Source: Alphaproteobacteria bacterium
Lineage (GTDB): Bacteria; Pseudomonadota; Alphaproteobacteria; Rs-D84
Length of the DNA stretch: 64,000 nt
Direction of reading: 5' to 3'
Assembly: GCA_017409215.1 (NCBI GenBank)
Contig: JAFQTD010000034.1
Coordinates: 431-64,430 of the forward strand
The notes under the pieces are model-generated. The model did no database searches and was not told the DNA's origin. It saw only the letters and a list, made by a program, of their open reading frames with translations. Positions 1 to 9,928 of the stretch are shown in pieces (the first letter of the stretch is position 1; each line of letters begins with the position of its first letter). Position numbers and translations under genes: made by a program.

Positions 1-423
1 GCAACTAATATGGCTGGTTCAATCCCAGAAAATTTATTTGCTGGCATCTATGGTGCACCCCATAATGGTATGTTCAACAGCACCTTTGATAATTGCAGTG
101 GTTTAACTGGCGCAATCCCCGATGGTCTATTCGGTAATCTATATGGTGAAATAAAAGATAATGTATTCCGTGGCACCTTTGGTAATTGCAGAGGATTAAC
201 ATCAATCCCAGAAAACCTGTTTGGGAATATTTCTGGCCAAATTAGTCGCGGTACCTTCTTGGGGACCTTTTCTGGTTGCAGTGGTTTAACTGGGCCATCT
301 GCGCGTATAAATGGAAAATATTTATATGAAATCTGGACAGGTTGCTTATTGAATGAAACGTATAAAGGTTGTACTGGGTTATCGGATTATAATTCTATAC
401 CGGAATGTTGGTTGACCAACTAA
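1..423 (+). CDS. C-terminal fragment of a BspA-type leucine-rich repeat protein (open to the window edge)
   Basis: Frame 1 is open from base 1. It contains ~24-aa repeats such as FDNCSGLTGAIPDGLFGN, FGNCRGLTSIPENLFGN and FSGCSGLTG, the F-x-x-C-x-x-L-T-x-I-P pattern of BspA-like LRRs. A hairpin terminator follows. Confidence 0.6.
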   Translation, partial: ATNMAGSIPENLFAGIYGAPHNGMFNSTFDNCSGLTGAIPDGLFGNLYGEIKDNVFRGTFGNCRGLTSIPENLFGNISGQISRGTFLGTFSGCSGLTGPSARINGKYLYEIWTGCLLNETYKGCTGLSDYNSIPECWLTN

Positions 424-446
424 TATGCATTTTATCGCCTGTACAC

Positions 447-483
447 ATAAAAAAACACCGGAAATAACCGGTGCTTTTTTTTT
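447..483. terminator. Bidirectional rho-independent terminator between the LRR ORF and csp
   Basis: Stem caccgg/ccggtg (456-461 and 468-473) with a 6-nt loop, an A-run upstream and a T-run downstream. Confidence 0.6.
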
Positions 484-494
484 AATCCAGAAAT

Positions 495-836
495 TTATTT
501 CTTCCAGAATGCAAAGCCACGACGGCTTGATTTGTCTTCGCGTTGTTTGCGTTCTTCGATTGCGCGACGACGTTCTGCGCGACGTTCCTGGAATCTGCGT
601 GCAGATTCTTCATCGCGTTGCACCACAGAAATAGTTGTCACTGATAACTTATCGTTGCGAACTTCTTCTTCAAATTCAACGATATCGTTTTCGTTTAAAA
701 ATCTGATGCCGGCTGCCTTTAATGAACTTGAATGTACGAATACATCATCTGTATTGCCGTTTTCGTTTGGGGTGTCTGGACTAATAAAGCCGAAACATTT
801 TTTACCATTATACCATTTTACTTTTCCTTGACGCAT
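495..836 (-). CDS. Cold-shock domain protein with an Arg/Glu-rich C-terminal extension
   Basis: GKVKWYNGKKCFGFI (RNP1-like) and DVFVHSS (RNP2-like). It is 113 aa against about 70 aa for typical CspA; the tail is RRFQERRAERRRAIEERKQREDKSSRR. Confidence 0.85.
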   Translation of the reverse strand: MRQGKVKWYNGKKCFGFISPDTPNENGNTDDVFVHSSSLKAAGIRFLNENDIVEFEEEVRNDKLSVTTISVVQRDEESARRFQERRAERRRAIEERKQREDKSSRRGFAFWKK

Positions 837-975
837 AATCCTATCCTTTCTTATGCTTGTTATAGTTCTGTAAGACCATAAGAACCTGATATCATTCTGC
901 CAATTTTATAAAATCAACGCAAGCAGAAAAGGATTATAAAGCACTGGGTATATTTTCTTGTTAAAAAGGTGGTTT

Positions 976-2376
976 TTATCTTTTGTAATACCGCTGAACT
1001 TCGCGCATCACAAAATTAAACAGACGTGCAGATTGGTTGTTGTCGGATATTGCCCAGTCTGTTTGCATATACGGCATTGCAGACACCAATATAAACCGCG
1101 CCATAAAGTGAAAGATGTTCGATTCTTGAATCTTCGATAATTTTGCCGGTGCATTTGTGATACGAAACAGTTCGTTTTCAATTGCGTCATCCAGCTTTTC
1201 CAGAATGTTATCCAGTATTTTCTGTGGATAATACAGTTTACATTCCTTTGGAAATCCTTCCAATACAGAAATATCGCTGCCTTGACTGTACAATATATTC
1301 CAACCAACCCTGTCAAACAGGTCATCCAAACATTTGCAGATCATACGATTGTATGCCTTGACGCCATCTTCGTAAAAAACAGCCAACTTTGCTTCAAGTG
1401 CATCGGATTTTTTTGATTTTGTTTTACGTGCACTTTCATACACAAAGTGTGTCTTGTTTTCAAATTCAAAGAATGTACGAACCTGACATATAATTTCCAT
1501 TGGAATAATGTTTTTTTTGTCTGGCCCGATATTAATAATTATCTTGGCGTCACGATAATTGCGCGGGTTTTGCATATTGTAAAAGCAGTCCCGAACAGAC
1601 AAAATTCTGTCAGGCATCATTGACTGAATGCGTTCAATAAATGTACGTGCCTGTGGGATTAAATCGAACAAGCATTTTACGCGCCATACATCCTGCAGAC
1701 GCATACGTGGCTTATCAATTTTATCCAGTGCGCGAACTAAATCCGCTGCAATTTTTTCATGTCCTGACCCAATAATGGCCAGCACTGTTTCCGCAGGTGT
1801 TGATATGTATTTTTCTTTCAATTTTGCGCGCGCTTTTTCTGCAACGGCCTTGGCGGATGCTTCGCGTTCGTGTGCCGCGATAACCCTGTATACAGTTTCT
1901 GCAACCTCGTCAACATAGTTTTCATAGTATTTGCCAACGATTTTATCCAGCGAACGTGAAACAGTTTTTTGTGCGCCGACAATTACAGTCACAATGGACG
2001 ATACAGCCAAATCAATTTTATGACCTGCTGAACTTGTAAAGAATTGGTTGCGCATTGGGTCGCCATCCAAACGATGTTGCACGATATACGCATTCAGCGG
2101 ATTTATATCAGCGATACTAATCGGCTCATCGATTGCGCAATCTGTCTCGTAATCATAACGCATAACGGCGGTCTTTGGCGCACCGAAACACTTGCCAAGA
2201 ATATAAAAAACTTCACGAAACCAGTGCAGACTATCTGAATATAACGTTTTCAGATAGGCTGCAGCCTCGTCATTGATGCGTCCTGCCAGACGTGCAGCCT
2301 CAAGCGCTGCAATATTCTTGCGGTCGTTTTCAATGGTCAAAGCAACCGTATCGGATTCTTGGCTTAGTGTGTTCAT
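976..2376 (-). CDS. Hypothetical protein with a RelA/SpoT-like (alarmone synthetase fold) nucleotidyltransferase region
   Basis: The segment DVWRVKCLF...NYRDAKIIINIG...PMEIICQVRTFFEFENKTHFVYE parallels the RSD motifs DxxGxR / YRSxH / EIQIRTxxxxxWxxxxHxxxYK. Its start lies 9 nt after the lysS stop. Confidence 0.45.
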   Translation of the reverse strand: MNTLSQESDTVALTIENDRKNIAALEAARLAGRINDEAAAYLKTLYSDSLHWFREVFYILGKCFGAPKTAVMRYDYETDCAIDEPISIADINPLNAYIVQHRLDGDPMRNQFFTSSAGHKIDLAVSSIVTVIVGAQKTVSRSLDKIVGKYYENYVDEVAETVYRVIAAHEREASAKAVAEKARAKLKEKYISTPAETVLAIIGSGHEKIAADLVRALDKIDKPRMRLQDVWRVKCLFDLIPQARTFIERIQSMMPDRILSVRDCFYNMQNPRNYRDAKIIINIGPDKKNIIPMEIICQVRTFFEFENKTHFVYESARKTKSKKSDALEAKLAVFYEDGVKAYNRMICKCLDDLFDRVGWNILYSQGSDISVLEGFPKECKLYYPQKILDNILEKLDDAIENELFRITNAPAKLSKIQESNIFHFMARFILVSAMPYMQTDWAISDNNQSARLFNFVMREVQRYYKR

Positions 2377-2384
2377 TTGTTGAC

Positions 2385-3863
2385 CTACTTCATCATTGGG
2401 AACAATACGACATCACGCAGTGTTGGTTGGTTAAAGATAATGCTTGCCAATCTATCAACCCCCATACCCACACCAGAAATTGGCGGAAAACCATGTTCCA
2501 TTGCGCGAACAAAGTCGTTGTCTGGATTAAATGCTTCTTCATCACCATCTGCGATATTGCGTGCCTGTTCTTCGAATGCTTGCTGTTGTTGGATTGGATT
2601 TACCAATTCGGAATATCCCTTGCAAATTTCTGCACCACAAACCAGCAATTGATACATATCGATTCTGCGAACATCGTCATTATTACGACGCGCCAAAGGC
2701 ACCATATATGCAGGATAATTATACAAGAATGTCGGGTTTACGATATCGTTACGGATTTTGCGCTTATATACATAATCGACCAACGCAGGCAAAGACTTCA
2801 GGTCTTCTAATTCTGCCATTGGGAACATACCGTTGTCGACCAAACGTTGGCGCAATTCATTAACGTCTTCGAATTCAAGAATATCACAACCAAAGAATTC
2901 ATTCATCTTGGCGGTATAGTCAACCATTTCATACTTGCTGAAATCTAACTGTATGCCTTGGTATTCGATTTGCAGTGTTCCGCGACACTTCATCAACAGG
3001 TCTTGGATTAAATCCCACGTGAATTGAATATTTTTGTTATAGTCCCAATATGCGGCATACCATTCAACCATAGTAAATTCTTGCAGGTGTGTTGCGTCCA
3101 TACCTTCGTTGCGGAAATCCTTGGCGACTTCATATATACGGTCAAATCCTGCACCGATTGCCTGCTTCAAGAACAATTCTGGGGAAATACGCAGTTGGAA
3201 ATCAGTATCCAGTGCATTGTGGTGTGTTGTAAATGGACGTGCAGCAGCCCCAGATGCAATATTTTGCAACACTGGTGTCTCGATTTCCAAGAATCCATTT
3301 TTATTCATAAAATCACGCCAATATTGTGTCATTTTAAATCTGCCCAGCAATGCATTGCGTGCCTCTGGATTAGAAATGATATCCAAATAGCGCTGACGAT
3401 AACGCGTTTCCATATCTGTCAAACCATGATATTTTTCTGGCAATGGGCGCAAAGCCTTGGCCAAGATTTCATATTCAGAAACCTTGACGGTCAGTTCGCC
3501 TGCGGTTGTGTGATACAGTTCGCCGGTAATTCCGATAAAATCACCCAAATCAACATTGGCTTTCATAAACTTATAGTTTTCTTCGCCTAATTCTTCGCGT
3601 GACATAGAAAATTGAATTTCGCCATTAATGTCATAAATACGACCAAACATCAATTTACCCAACCAACGCAGGGCGGTGACACGACCTGCCAATTTTACAG
3701 GTGTATTATCGGCCAAGTTGCGTGCTTCTTCGATTGTGTGTGTGCGGTCAAATTTGTCTTTCCAAACAACACCATCGCGTGCCTTGATATTTTCTGCCTT
3801 TTGCAGACGTGCGGTTAGTTCATTTGTTGAAATTGGTGTGTTTTGTGTTTGTTGTTCTGACAT
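2385..3863 (-). CDS. lysS: Lysine--tRNA ligase, class II
   Basis: 492 aa with an N-terminal OB anticodon-binding region, class II core motifs (FRNEG, GGAAARPF, GxGxGxDR at the C-terminus: GVGMGVDRL) and typical LysS length. Confidence 0.95.
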   Translation of the reverse strand: MSEQQTQNTPISTNELTARLQKAENIKARDGVVWKDKFDRTHTIEEARNLADNTPVKLAGRVTALRWLGKLMFGRIYDINGEIQFSMSREELGEENYKFMKANVDLGDFIGITGELYHTTAGELTVKVSEYEILAKALRPLPEKYHGLTDMETRYRQRYLDIISNPEARNALLGRFKMTQYWRDFMNKNGFLEIETPVLQNIASGAAARPFTTHHNALDTDFQLRISPELFLKQAIGAGFDRIYEVAKDFRNEGMDATHLQEFTMVEWYAAYWDYNKNIQFTWDLIQDLLMKCRGTLQIEYQGIQLDFSKYEMVDYTAKMNEFFGCDILEFEDVNELRQRLVDNGMFPMAELEDLKSLPALVDYVYKRKIRNDIVNPTFLYNYPAYMVPLARRNNDDVRRIDMYQLLVCGAEICKGYSELVNPIQQQQAFEEQARNIADGDEEAFNPDNDFVRAMEHGFPPISGVGMGVDRLASIIFNQPTLRDVVLFPMMK

Positions 3864-4000
3864 TGTTCAGCCTTTTTTTTGCTTATTTATTTGAAACGGA
3901 CGCACAAAAGTGCGTCCGTCATTATTTGATGGTCGCACTTTGCATTAAAAAAATTTTTTCGAACTGTTTTTCATAATCAAATTCGACCTTTGTTTTCAAG

Positions 4001-4028
4001 AAAAACGGTGTCAGCAATGCTGACACCG
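4001..4028 (-). terminator. Terminator hairpin downstream of tRNA-Gly
   Basis: 10-bp stem cggtgtcagc/gctgacaccg with a 3-nt loop, followed on the minus strand by TTTTT. Confidence 0.6.
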
Positions 4029-4036
4029 CAAAACTT

Positions 4037-4113
4037 TGGTGCGAGCAAAGGGGCTCGAACCCTCGACCTCAACCTTGGCAAGGTTGCGCTCTAGCCAACT
4101 GAGCTACGCTCGC
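4037..4113 (-). tRNA. tRNA-Gly (anticodon GCC), CCA encoded
   Basis: The reverse complement folds as a cloverleaf: acceptor GCGAGCG/TGCTCGC, anticodon stem CAACC/GGTTG with loop TTGCCAA, T-arm GAGGG TTCGAGC CCCTT, 3' ACCA. Confidence 0.9.
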
Positions 4114-4220
4114 ATTGCGTGGTATATGTTTACACAATTTTTTTTAGATTGCAAGCATTATTTTAATTTTTTTTATTTGCTTGCGAAAAAACAAGAAATC
4201 CCCGATTGGGGATTTCACGA

Positions 4221-4658
4221 CTATATTGCTTTTTGCAGAACTGCAGTAAATGTTGCCTCTGCTACTTTTTTACCGCCAACAAATGCGATTCCATGGAATT
4301 TGTACAGTTTCATCTTAGAAGTCAATAATTCGACGTGCAGTTCTAATTTATCCCCTGGTCGCACCATATGTGAAAATTTTATCTTCTCCATCGTGGTAAA
4401 GTACCCCAGCATACCTTCGCGTTCTTCATCTGTCATACGCTTAAACGCAACAAAGCACGCAGTTTGTGCCAGTGCTTCGACTTGCAAGACCCCCGGCATA
4501 ATCGGGTCGCCTGGAAAATGTCCTGCACACCAAAATTCATCATCACGAACGTACTTTACACCAACTGCGTTGGTATCATTAAATTCGCGTATTTCATCAA
4601 TCAGGCGCATATTGCCACGATGCGGGATAACTTGTTCAATTTGTTTTGCGTCAAACAT
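4221..4658 (-). CDS. fabZ: 3-hydroxyacyl-ACP dehydratase
   Basis: 145 aa; HFPGDPIMPGVLQVEALAQ hotdog active-site motif; directly downstream of lpxD. Confidence 0.93.
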   Translation of the reverse strand: MFDAKQIEQVIPHRGNMRLIDEIREFNDTNAVGVKYVRDDEFWCAGHFPGDPIMPGVLQVEALAQTACFVAFKRMTDEEREGMLGYFTTMEKIKFSHMVRPGDKLELHVELLTSKMKLYKFHGIAFVGGKKVAEATFTAVLQKAI

Positions 4659-4677
4659 TGTATAGTGTCCTTTTTAA

Positions 4678-5730
4678 TTATTTTTTTGAATTTTTACGCA
4701 GCCATGCATAGTGTCGCATAAATTCTGTACCAGGTCCCGCAGGGTATCCCATATGTGATTCGCCATCTGGAATATTACGAAATACGCCACTGTTTGCGCC
4801 AACCGATGCGTTGTTTCCGATATGTACACCATTTGCGACACCAACGTGTCCGCCCAGTAATGCGTTATCGCCAACAACAACCCCGCCGGCCAGTCCAACC
4901 CCGCTGGCCAAGAAGCATTCGCGACCAACGACAACCCCATGTGCGATTTGGCACAGATTATCGATTTTTGTTCCGTCGCCGACAGTTGTATCGGTCATTG
5001 CGCCCCTGTCAATACAGGTGTTTGCGCCAACTGAAACCCGTTCCCCCAGTACCACGCGTCCAACATGCGGGATAAAAATATTGTGTCCATCTTGTTTTGT
5101 GTATCCAAAACCATCTTTCCCAATAACGGCATTTGCGTTGATAACACAGTTTGCCCCGATTGTTGCATTTTCGATATGCGCACCACTATGCACGATTGTG
5201 CCACGTCCCAGAACGACGTTTCGTCCAATAAATGCGCCTGCGAATATCTTTACATCTGGTTCGATTGCAGCGCCGCGTTCAATGGTGACAAAGTCCCCAA
5301 CATAATTTGTTCTTTTTTTACGAAAGAAAACACCGCGTTCAATACGTGAATTTTTACTGATTCCAAATCGTGGCTTTTCACGATATATTTCCCCCAGTAT
5401 TTTTACGATATTTCCGCGTGGGCTGTTTGTTATCAGCAATGTTGCATCTTTGGGTGCAAACTGTGCTTGTTCTGGTTGCACCAAAATAACAGTTGCACGC
5501 GTTTTTTCAAGCACCTCAATAGGTAAGATTTTAAAAGCGTTACTGTTTTGTTCTGTTGAATAGAACGCCAATTGTCCTGCCCGCGCATCAGCGATTGGCG
5601 CGACCCCACGCACAGGGGTGTTTGGATTTCCGCGTAATTCTAAACCAAACTTAGTGGCCAATGCCCCAGCTGTTGTCTTAACAGCAGCTGGCATAAATAA
5701 AGATTTGATTAATTTTATCATAGCAAGCAA
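4678..5730 (-). CDS. lpxD: UDP-3-O-acylglucosamine N-acyltransferase
   Basis: 350 aa; N-terminal LpxD-type domain followed by a long run of hexapeptide (left-handed beta-helix) repeats; lpxD-fabZ order. Confidence 0.9.
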   Translation of the reverse strand: MLAMIKLIKSLFMPAAVKTTAGALATKFGLELRGNPNTPVRGVAPIADARAGQLAFYSTEQNSNAFKILPIEVLEKTRATVILVQPEQAQFAPKDATLLITNSPRGNIVKILGEIYREKPRFGISKNSRIERGVFFRKKRTNYVGDFVTIERGAAIEPDVKIFAGAFIGRNVVLGRGTIVHSGAHIENATIGANCVINANAVIGKDGFGYTKQDGHNIFIPHVGRVVLGERVSVGANTCIDRGAMTDTTVGDGTKIDNLCQIAHGVVVGRECFLASGVGLAGGVVVGDNALLGGHVGVANGVHIGNNASVGANSGVFRNIPDGESHMGYPAGPGTEFMRHYAWLRKNSKK

Positions 5731-5900
5731 ATTATAAATAAAAAAAATATAGATTCCACATATTTATACACAGTTTTTTTCTTGCGTTTTTACGATTCGG
5801 GGTTAATAATAAGAATGTTCTTAAAATTTAATTTTGGGGGCGGGGTTGAAAAACCCCGCTCTTTCACTAAGACATACAACAAACGCAAAGGAGTATATAG

Positions 5901-7436
5901 ATGTCTTTTGTTTCGATGCCACGTCAAGATTTATTACTAGCAATTGACTCGTTGGCCCAAGAAAAACAAATTGATCGTGAAGTTGTTTTTGAATCATTAG
6001 AGGCTGCAATTGCAAAAATCGCAAAGCATAAATATGGCGAAGAATTTGATATATCTGCAACGATTGACCGCAAAAATGGTGCGATATATGTAAAGCGTTC
6101 ATTCTTGGTAATTGACGATGCAGATTCTGTCGAAGATTATAATCCTAATACAATGCTTACGGTTGCGCAGGCAAAGAAATATGCAAAAAAGCCAGTTGTT
6201 GGCGAAACGGTCGAAGACCCATTGCCAGAACCAGAATTTGGTCGTATGGCGTTTCAAACTGCCAAACAGATGATGACTGCGCGTGTACGTGATGCAGAAA
6301 AAGGACGTCAATTTGAAGAATTCAAAGACAATATTGGTGATATTGTCAGTGTCGTTGTAAAGCGTGTTGAATTTGGCAGTGTTATTGTTGATATCAATGG
6401 CAAGGCCGAAGGTTATATCAAAGGTTCGGAATTAATCCCTGGGGAACGTTTGACTGTTGGTGACAGGGTTCGTGCATTAATTATGGATGTTTCGCGTTCT
6501 AATACTGGTCCTCAGATTTTCCTGACACGTACACATCCGATGTTTATGGAAAAATTATTTACCCAAGAAGTTCCTGAAATTTACGAAGGTATAATTAAAA
6601 TCAAATCTGTTGCGCGTGCACCTGGTTCTCATGCCAAGATTGCTGTTGAAACTGCAGACCCATCGATTGATGCGGTTGGTATGACTGTTGGTATCAAGGG
6701 TACACGTATTCAGCCTGTGATTAATGAATGCCATGGTGAAAAGATTGACGTTATCCTGTATTCCGAAGACCCGGCTGTATTTATTGTGAATGCGATACAA
6801 CCAGCCAAGGTTGCAAAAATTATCGTAGACGAAGATACGCACAGCGCGGCTGTTGTTGTTAACGAAGACCAATTATCATTGGCAATTGGCCGTCGTGGTC
6901 AGAATGTTCGCCTGGCATCACAATTGACCGGTTGGAATATCGATGTTATGAGCGAGGCCGAAGAACAAGAACGTCGCGCCAAAGAATTCCAAGAAAAGAC
7001 AGATTTGTTTATTTCTGGTTTGGACGTAGACGAAATGATTGCGCGCCTATTGATTACCGAAGGCTTCCGTACAATCGAAGAAATTGCATTTGTCGACATT
7101 AACGAACTGGAAGAAATCGAAGGCTTTAACTCTGAATTGGCCACCGAATTGCAAAAGCGTGCAAAAGATTATCTGAACAAAATTGAACAAGATTATATTG
7201 ATGGCGGACATAAACTTGGAATGTCGGACGACTTGTTGAATTTCACATTTGTCAGACGTCCAATTTTGATGAAGATGGGTGAAAATGGCATCAAGTCTTT
7301 GCAAGAATTGGCTGATTTATCAACAGATGAATTGGTAGAAATTTTAGGCGAAGATACTATGTCGACTCGCTTGGCTGGACGTATTATTATGAAGGCGCGC
7401 GAAATCGCATACAATATAAACCAAGAAGAACAATAA
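5901..7436 (+). CDS. nusA: Transcription termination/antitermination factor NusA
   Basis: 511 aa with S1 and KH regions (e.g. LAIGRRGQNVRLASQLTGW) and C-terminal acidic repeats. RBS aaggag lies upstream, and infB follows. Confidence 0.95.
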   Translation: MSFVSMPRQDLLLAIDSLAQEKQIDREVVFESLEAAIAKIAKHKYGEEFDISATIDRKNGAIYVKRSFLVIDDADSVEDYNPNTMLTVAQAKKYAKKPVVGETVEDPLPEPEFGRMAFQTAKQMMTARVRDAEKGRQFEEFKDNIGDIVSVVVKRVEFGSVIVDINGKAEGYIKGSELIPGERLTVGDRVRALIMDVSRSNTGPQIFLTRTHPMFMEKLFTQEVPEIYEGIIKIKSVARAPGSHAKIAVETADPSIDAVGMTVGIKGTRIQPVINECHGEKIDVILYSEDPAVFIVNAIQPAKVAKIIVDEDTHSAAVVVNEDQLSLAIGRRGQNVRLASQLTGWNIDVMSEAEEQERRAKEFQEKTDLFISGLDVDEMIARLLITEGFRTIEEIAFVDINELEEIEGFNSELATELQKRAKDYLNKIEQDYIDGGHKLGMSDDLLNFTFVRRPILMKMGENGIKSLQELADLSTDELVEILGEDTMSTRLAGRIIMKAREIAYNINQEEQ

Positions 7437-7457
7437 ATTTATCGGAGTAAATATATA

Positions 7458-9866
7458 ATGGCAACATTAACACTTGGAAAATCTGTGACAACTGATGCTG
7501 TGCGCAGCAAAAAAGGCGATGCTGTTTTTGTAGAACGTCGTCGTCGCGTTGTTGCGCCAAACAGTAAAGAGTTGCGTGACGAGCCAACAGCGCCTGCTGC
7601 ACCACGTAATGCGGCAGACGAAAAATTGCGTGCCGTACTGGCTGCGGCCAAGGCGCGTGAAGAAGAACGCAAAAAACGCGAAGAAGAAGAGGCTGCTGCC
7701 CGCGCTGCGCGTGCTGCGGAAATAGAACGTGAAAATCGCGAATATGAACAGGTTCGCGAACAGTTGGCGGCACGTGAAAATGCAACAGAAAAAGAAAATG
7801 TTGCCGAAGAAAAAATAGAAACACCTGTGCAGAAATCGCAACCCCAACAGCGCAAGGTATTTACAAATAATGCTGTTGCAGGTGCGTCGCGCAAGAATCG
7901 TAATGACGATGATGACGAAGGGCGCAACAGCCGTTTTGCTAATTCAAAAAAAGATTTCAAAAAATCTGGTAAAATACATTTGCGTGATATTGTCATAGGT
8001 GGTGACGAAGATGATGATGAAATTGGTATTCGTGGTGCCAATCGTCGTCGTTCCGAGGCATCACTGAAACGTTTTCGTGAAAAGGCGCGTGCAGTATTTT
8101 CTGCACCTCAAAAGGTTGAGCATATCGTTTCTTTGGGTGATACGATAACTGTAAAAGATTTAGCAGCCGCCATGGCGGAAAAGGTCGGAAACGTTATCAA
8201 GAAATTGATGGAAATGGGAATGATGGTTTCCGTAAATCAATCGATTGATGCGGATACGGCTGAATTGATTGCTGGTGAATTTGGTGCGACGGTTAAACGT
8301 GTTGATGTAAAACCGTATGCAAATATTTTGGAACGCGAACCAAATCCAGAAAAGCTAACGCCACGTGCACCTGTTGTGACTGTTGTTGGTCACGTTGACC
8401 ATGGCAAGACATCATTGCTTGATGCATTTCGTAATGCGAATGTTGCCGCTGGCGAAGCAGGCGGAATCACCCAGCATGTATCATCGTATGAGGTCAAGAC
8501 ACAGTCTGGTCAGATGATAACATTCTTGGATACACCTGGTCACGAAACATTTACTGCAATGCGCGCGCGTGGTGCACAGATGGCAGATATCGTTGTTTTG
8601 GTTGTTGCGGCAAACGATTCTATTATGCCACAGACAATAGAGGCAATTAATCACATTCGTGCTGCCAAGGTTCCGTTTATTGTTGCGATTAACAAGATTG
8701 ACCTGCCAGAGGCAAATCCAATGCGTGTAAAAACAGATTTGCTGCAGCAAGAGGTTCAGGTTGAAGAAATGGGCGGCGATATTCAGTGTGTTGAAATTTC
8801 TGCAACAAAAAGAATCGGTCTGGACAAATTAGAAGAAGCGATTTTATTACAGGCAGAAATTATGGAATTAAAAGCAGATGCAGAAATGCCTGCCGTCGCC
8901 TATGTTGTAGAGGCGAAACAAGAAAAAGGACTGGGACCTGTTGCAACAATCCTTATGCGCCAAGGCACACTAAAGATAGGCGATGTTTTTGTTGTTGGTG
9001 AAACATTTGGACGTGTACGTGGTTTAATTAATTCTGTTGGTGAACGTGTAAAATCGGTTCGTCCTGGTCAGCCAGCGATGGTTCTGGGGTTGGATTCAGT
9101 CCCCAGTGCGGGTGATGATTTGCGCGTTATGGAATCCGAGGCGCAAACACGCGAAGTCGCGGCATATCGTGCACAAAAAACCAAGGACAAAGCAAATGCG
9201 GTTAAACGCACATCACTGGAAGAATTATTTGCCAAGCGCGATGATAACAAGAAATTGATTTTACCGATTGTTCTGCGTGCAGATGTACAAGGTTCTGTCG
9301 AAGCGATTTCAGATATGATAAAAGAAATCAATACGGACAAAGTTGGTGTCGAATTATTATCATCCGGTGTCGGTCAAATTACCGAAGGCGACATACGTCT
9401 TGCGACGGCATCTGGTGCGGTAATTATCGCGTTTAATGTTCGTGCAGATGCTGCGGTTCGTGATATGGCGCGCAACAATGGTGTTGACATTCGTTATCAC
9501 AGTGTTGTGTATCGCATCACAGACGAAATCAAAGAAATTTTGTCTGGAAAACTTGCACCAGAAAAACGCGAAACCTTTATCGGCTATGCGGACGTTATTG
9601 CGCTGTTTACAGTTGGCAAAGGCGTTCGTGTTGCGGGTTGTCGTATGACCGAAGGCACGATAAAGAAAGATGCTTTTGTGCGTCTGTTGCGCAACAACGT
9701 TGTTATTTACGATGGCAAGATTGGTCAGTTGCGTCGTGAAAAGAACGAAGTCAAAGAAGTTTCTGGTGGCGTTGAATTCGGTATGTCGTTTGATAAGTAT
9801 AATGACTTAAAAGAAGGCGACCGCGTTGAATGTTACGAGGTTGAAGAAGTTCGCGCACAGATATAA
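7458..9866 (+). CDS. infB: Translation initiation factor IF-2
   Basis: 802 aa; GTPase motifs [14 protein letters not shown] and NKID; Lys/Glu/Ala-rich N-terminus; nusA-infB order. Confidence 0.96.
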   Translation: MATLTLGKSVTTDAVRSKKGDAVFVERRRRVVAPNSKELRDEPTAPAAPRNAADEKLRAVLAAAKAREEERKKREEEEAAARAARAAEIERENREYEQVREQLAARENATEKENVAEEKIETPVQKSQPQQRKVFTNNAVAGASRKNRNDDDDEGRNSRFANSKKDFKKSGKIHLRDIVIGGDEDDDEIGIRGANRRRSEASLKRFREKARAVFSAPQKVEHIVSLGDTITVKDLAAAMAEKVGNVIKKLMEMGMMVSVNQSIDADTAELIAGEFGATVKRVDVKPYANILEREPNPEKLTPRAPVVTVVGHVDHGKTSLLDAFRNANVAAGEAGGITQHVSSYEVKTQSGQMITFLDTPGHETFTAMRARGAQMADIVVLVVAANDSIMPQTIEAINHIRAAKVPFIVAINKIDLPEANPMRVKTDLLQQEVQVEEMGGDIQCVEISATKRIGLDKLEEAILLQAEIMELKADAEMPAVAYVVEAKQEKGLGPVATILMRQGTLKIGDVFVVGETFGRVRGLINSVGERVKSVRPGQPAMVLGLDSVPSAGDDLRVMESEAQTREVAAYRAQKTKDKANAVKRTSLEELFAKRDDNKKLILPIVLRADVQGSVEAISDMIKEINTDKVGVELLSSGVGQITEGDIRLATASGAVIIAFNVRADAAVRDMARNNGVDIRYHSVVYRITDEIKEILSGKLAPEKRETFIGYADVIALFTVGKGVRVAGCRMTEGTIKKDAFVRLLRNNVVIYDGKIGQLRREKNEVKEVSGGVEFGMSFDKYNDLKEGDRVECYEVEEVRAQI

Positions 9867-9886
9867 CTGTCGCGACAAAAAATTAA

Positions 9887-9913
9887 GCACCGAATTTTAT
9901 CGGTGCTTTTTTT
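9887..9913. terminator. Bidirectional terminator between convergent infB and yidC
   Basis: Stem gcaccga/tcggtgc, an A-run before and a T-run after. Confidence 0.6.
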
Positions 9914-9928
9914 ATATGCGTTTTATTT

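Noticed and set aside
4036-4665. 209-aa plus-strand ORF spanning tRNA-Gly and fabZ
   Set aside because: It begins inside the tRNA-Gly gene and runs antisense to the well-supported fabZ, so it is an artefact of the open antisense frame.
7439-8041. 200-aa and 126/145-aa ORFs antisense to the 5' part of infB
   Set aside because: They lie entirely within the well-supported IF-2 gene. They have low-complexity Ser/Ala/Arg composition mirroring the Glu/Ala/Arg-rich IF-2 N-terminus, and no RBS.
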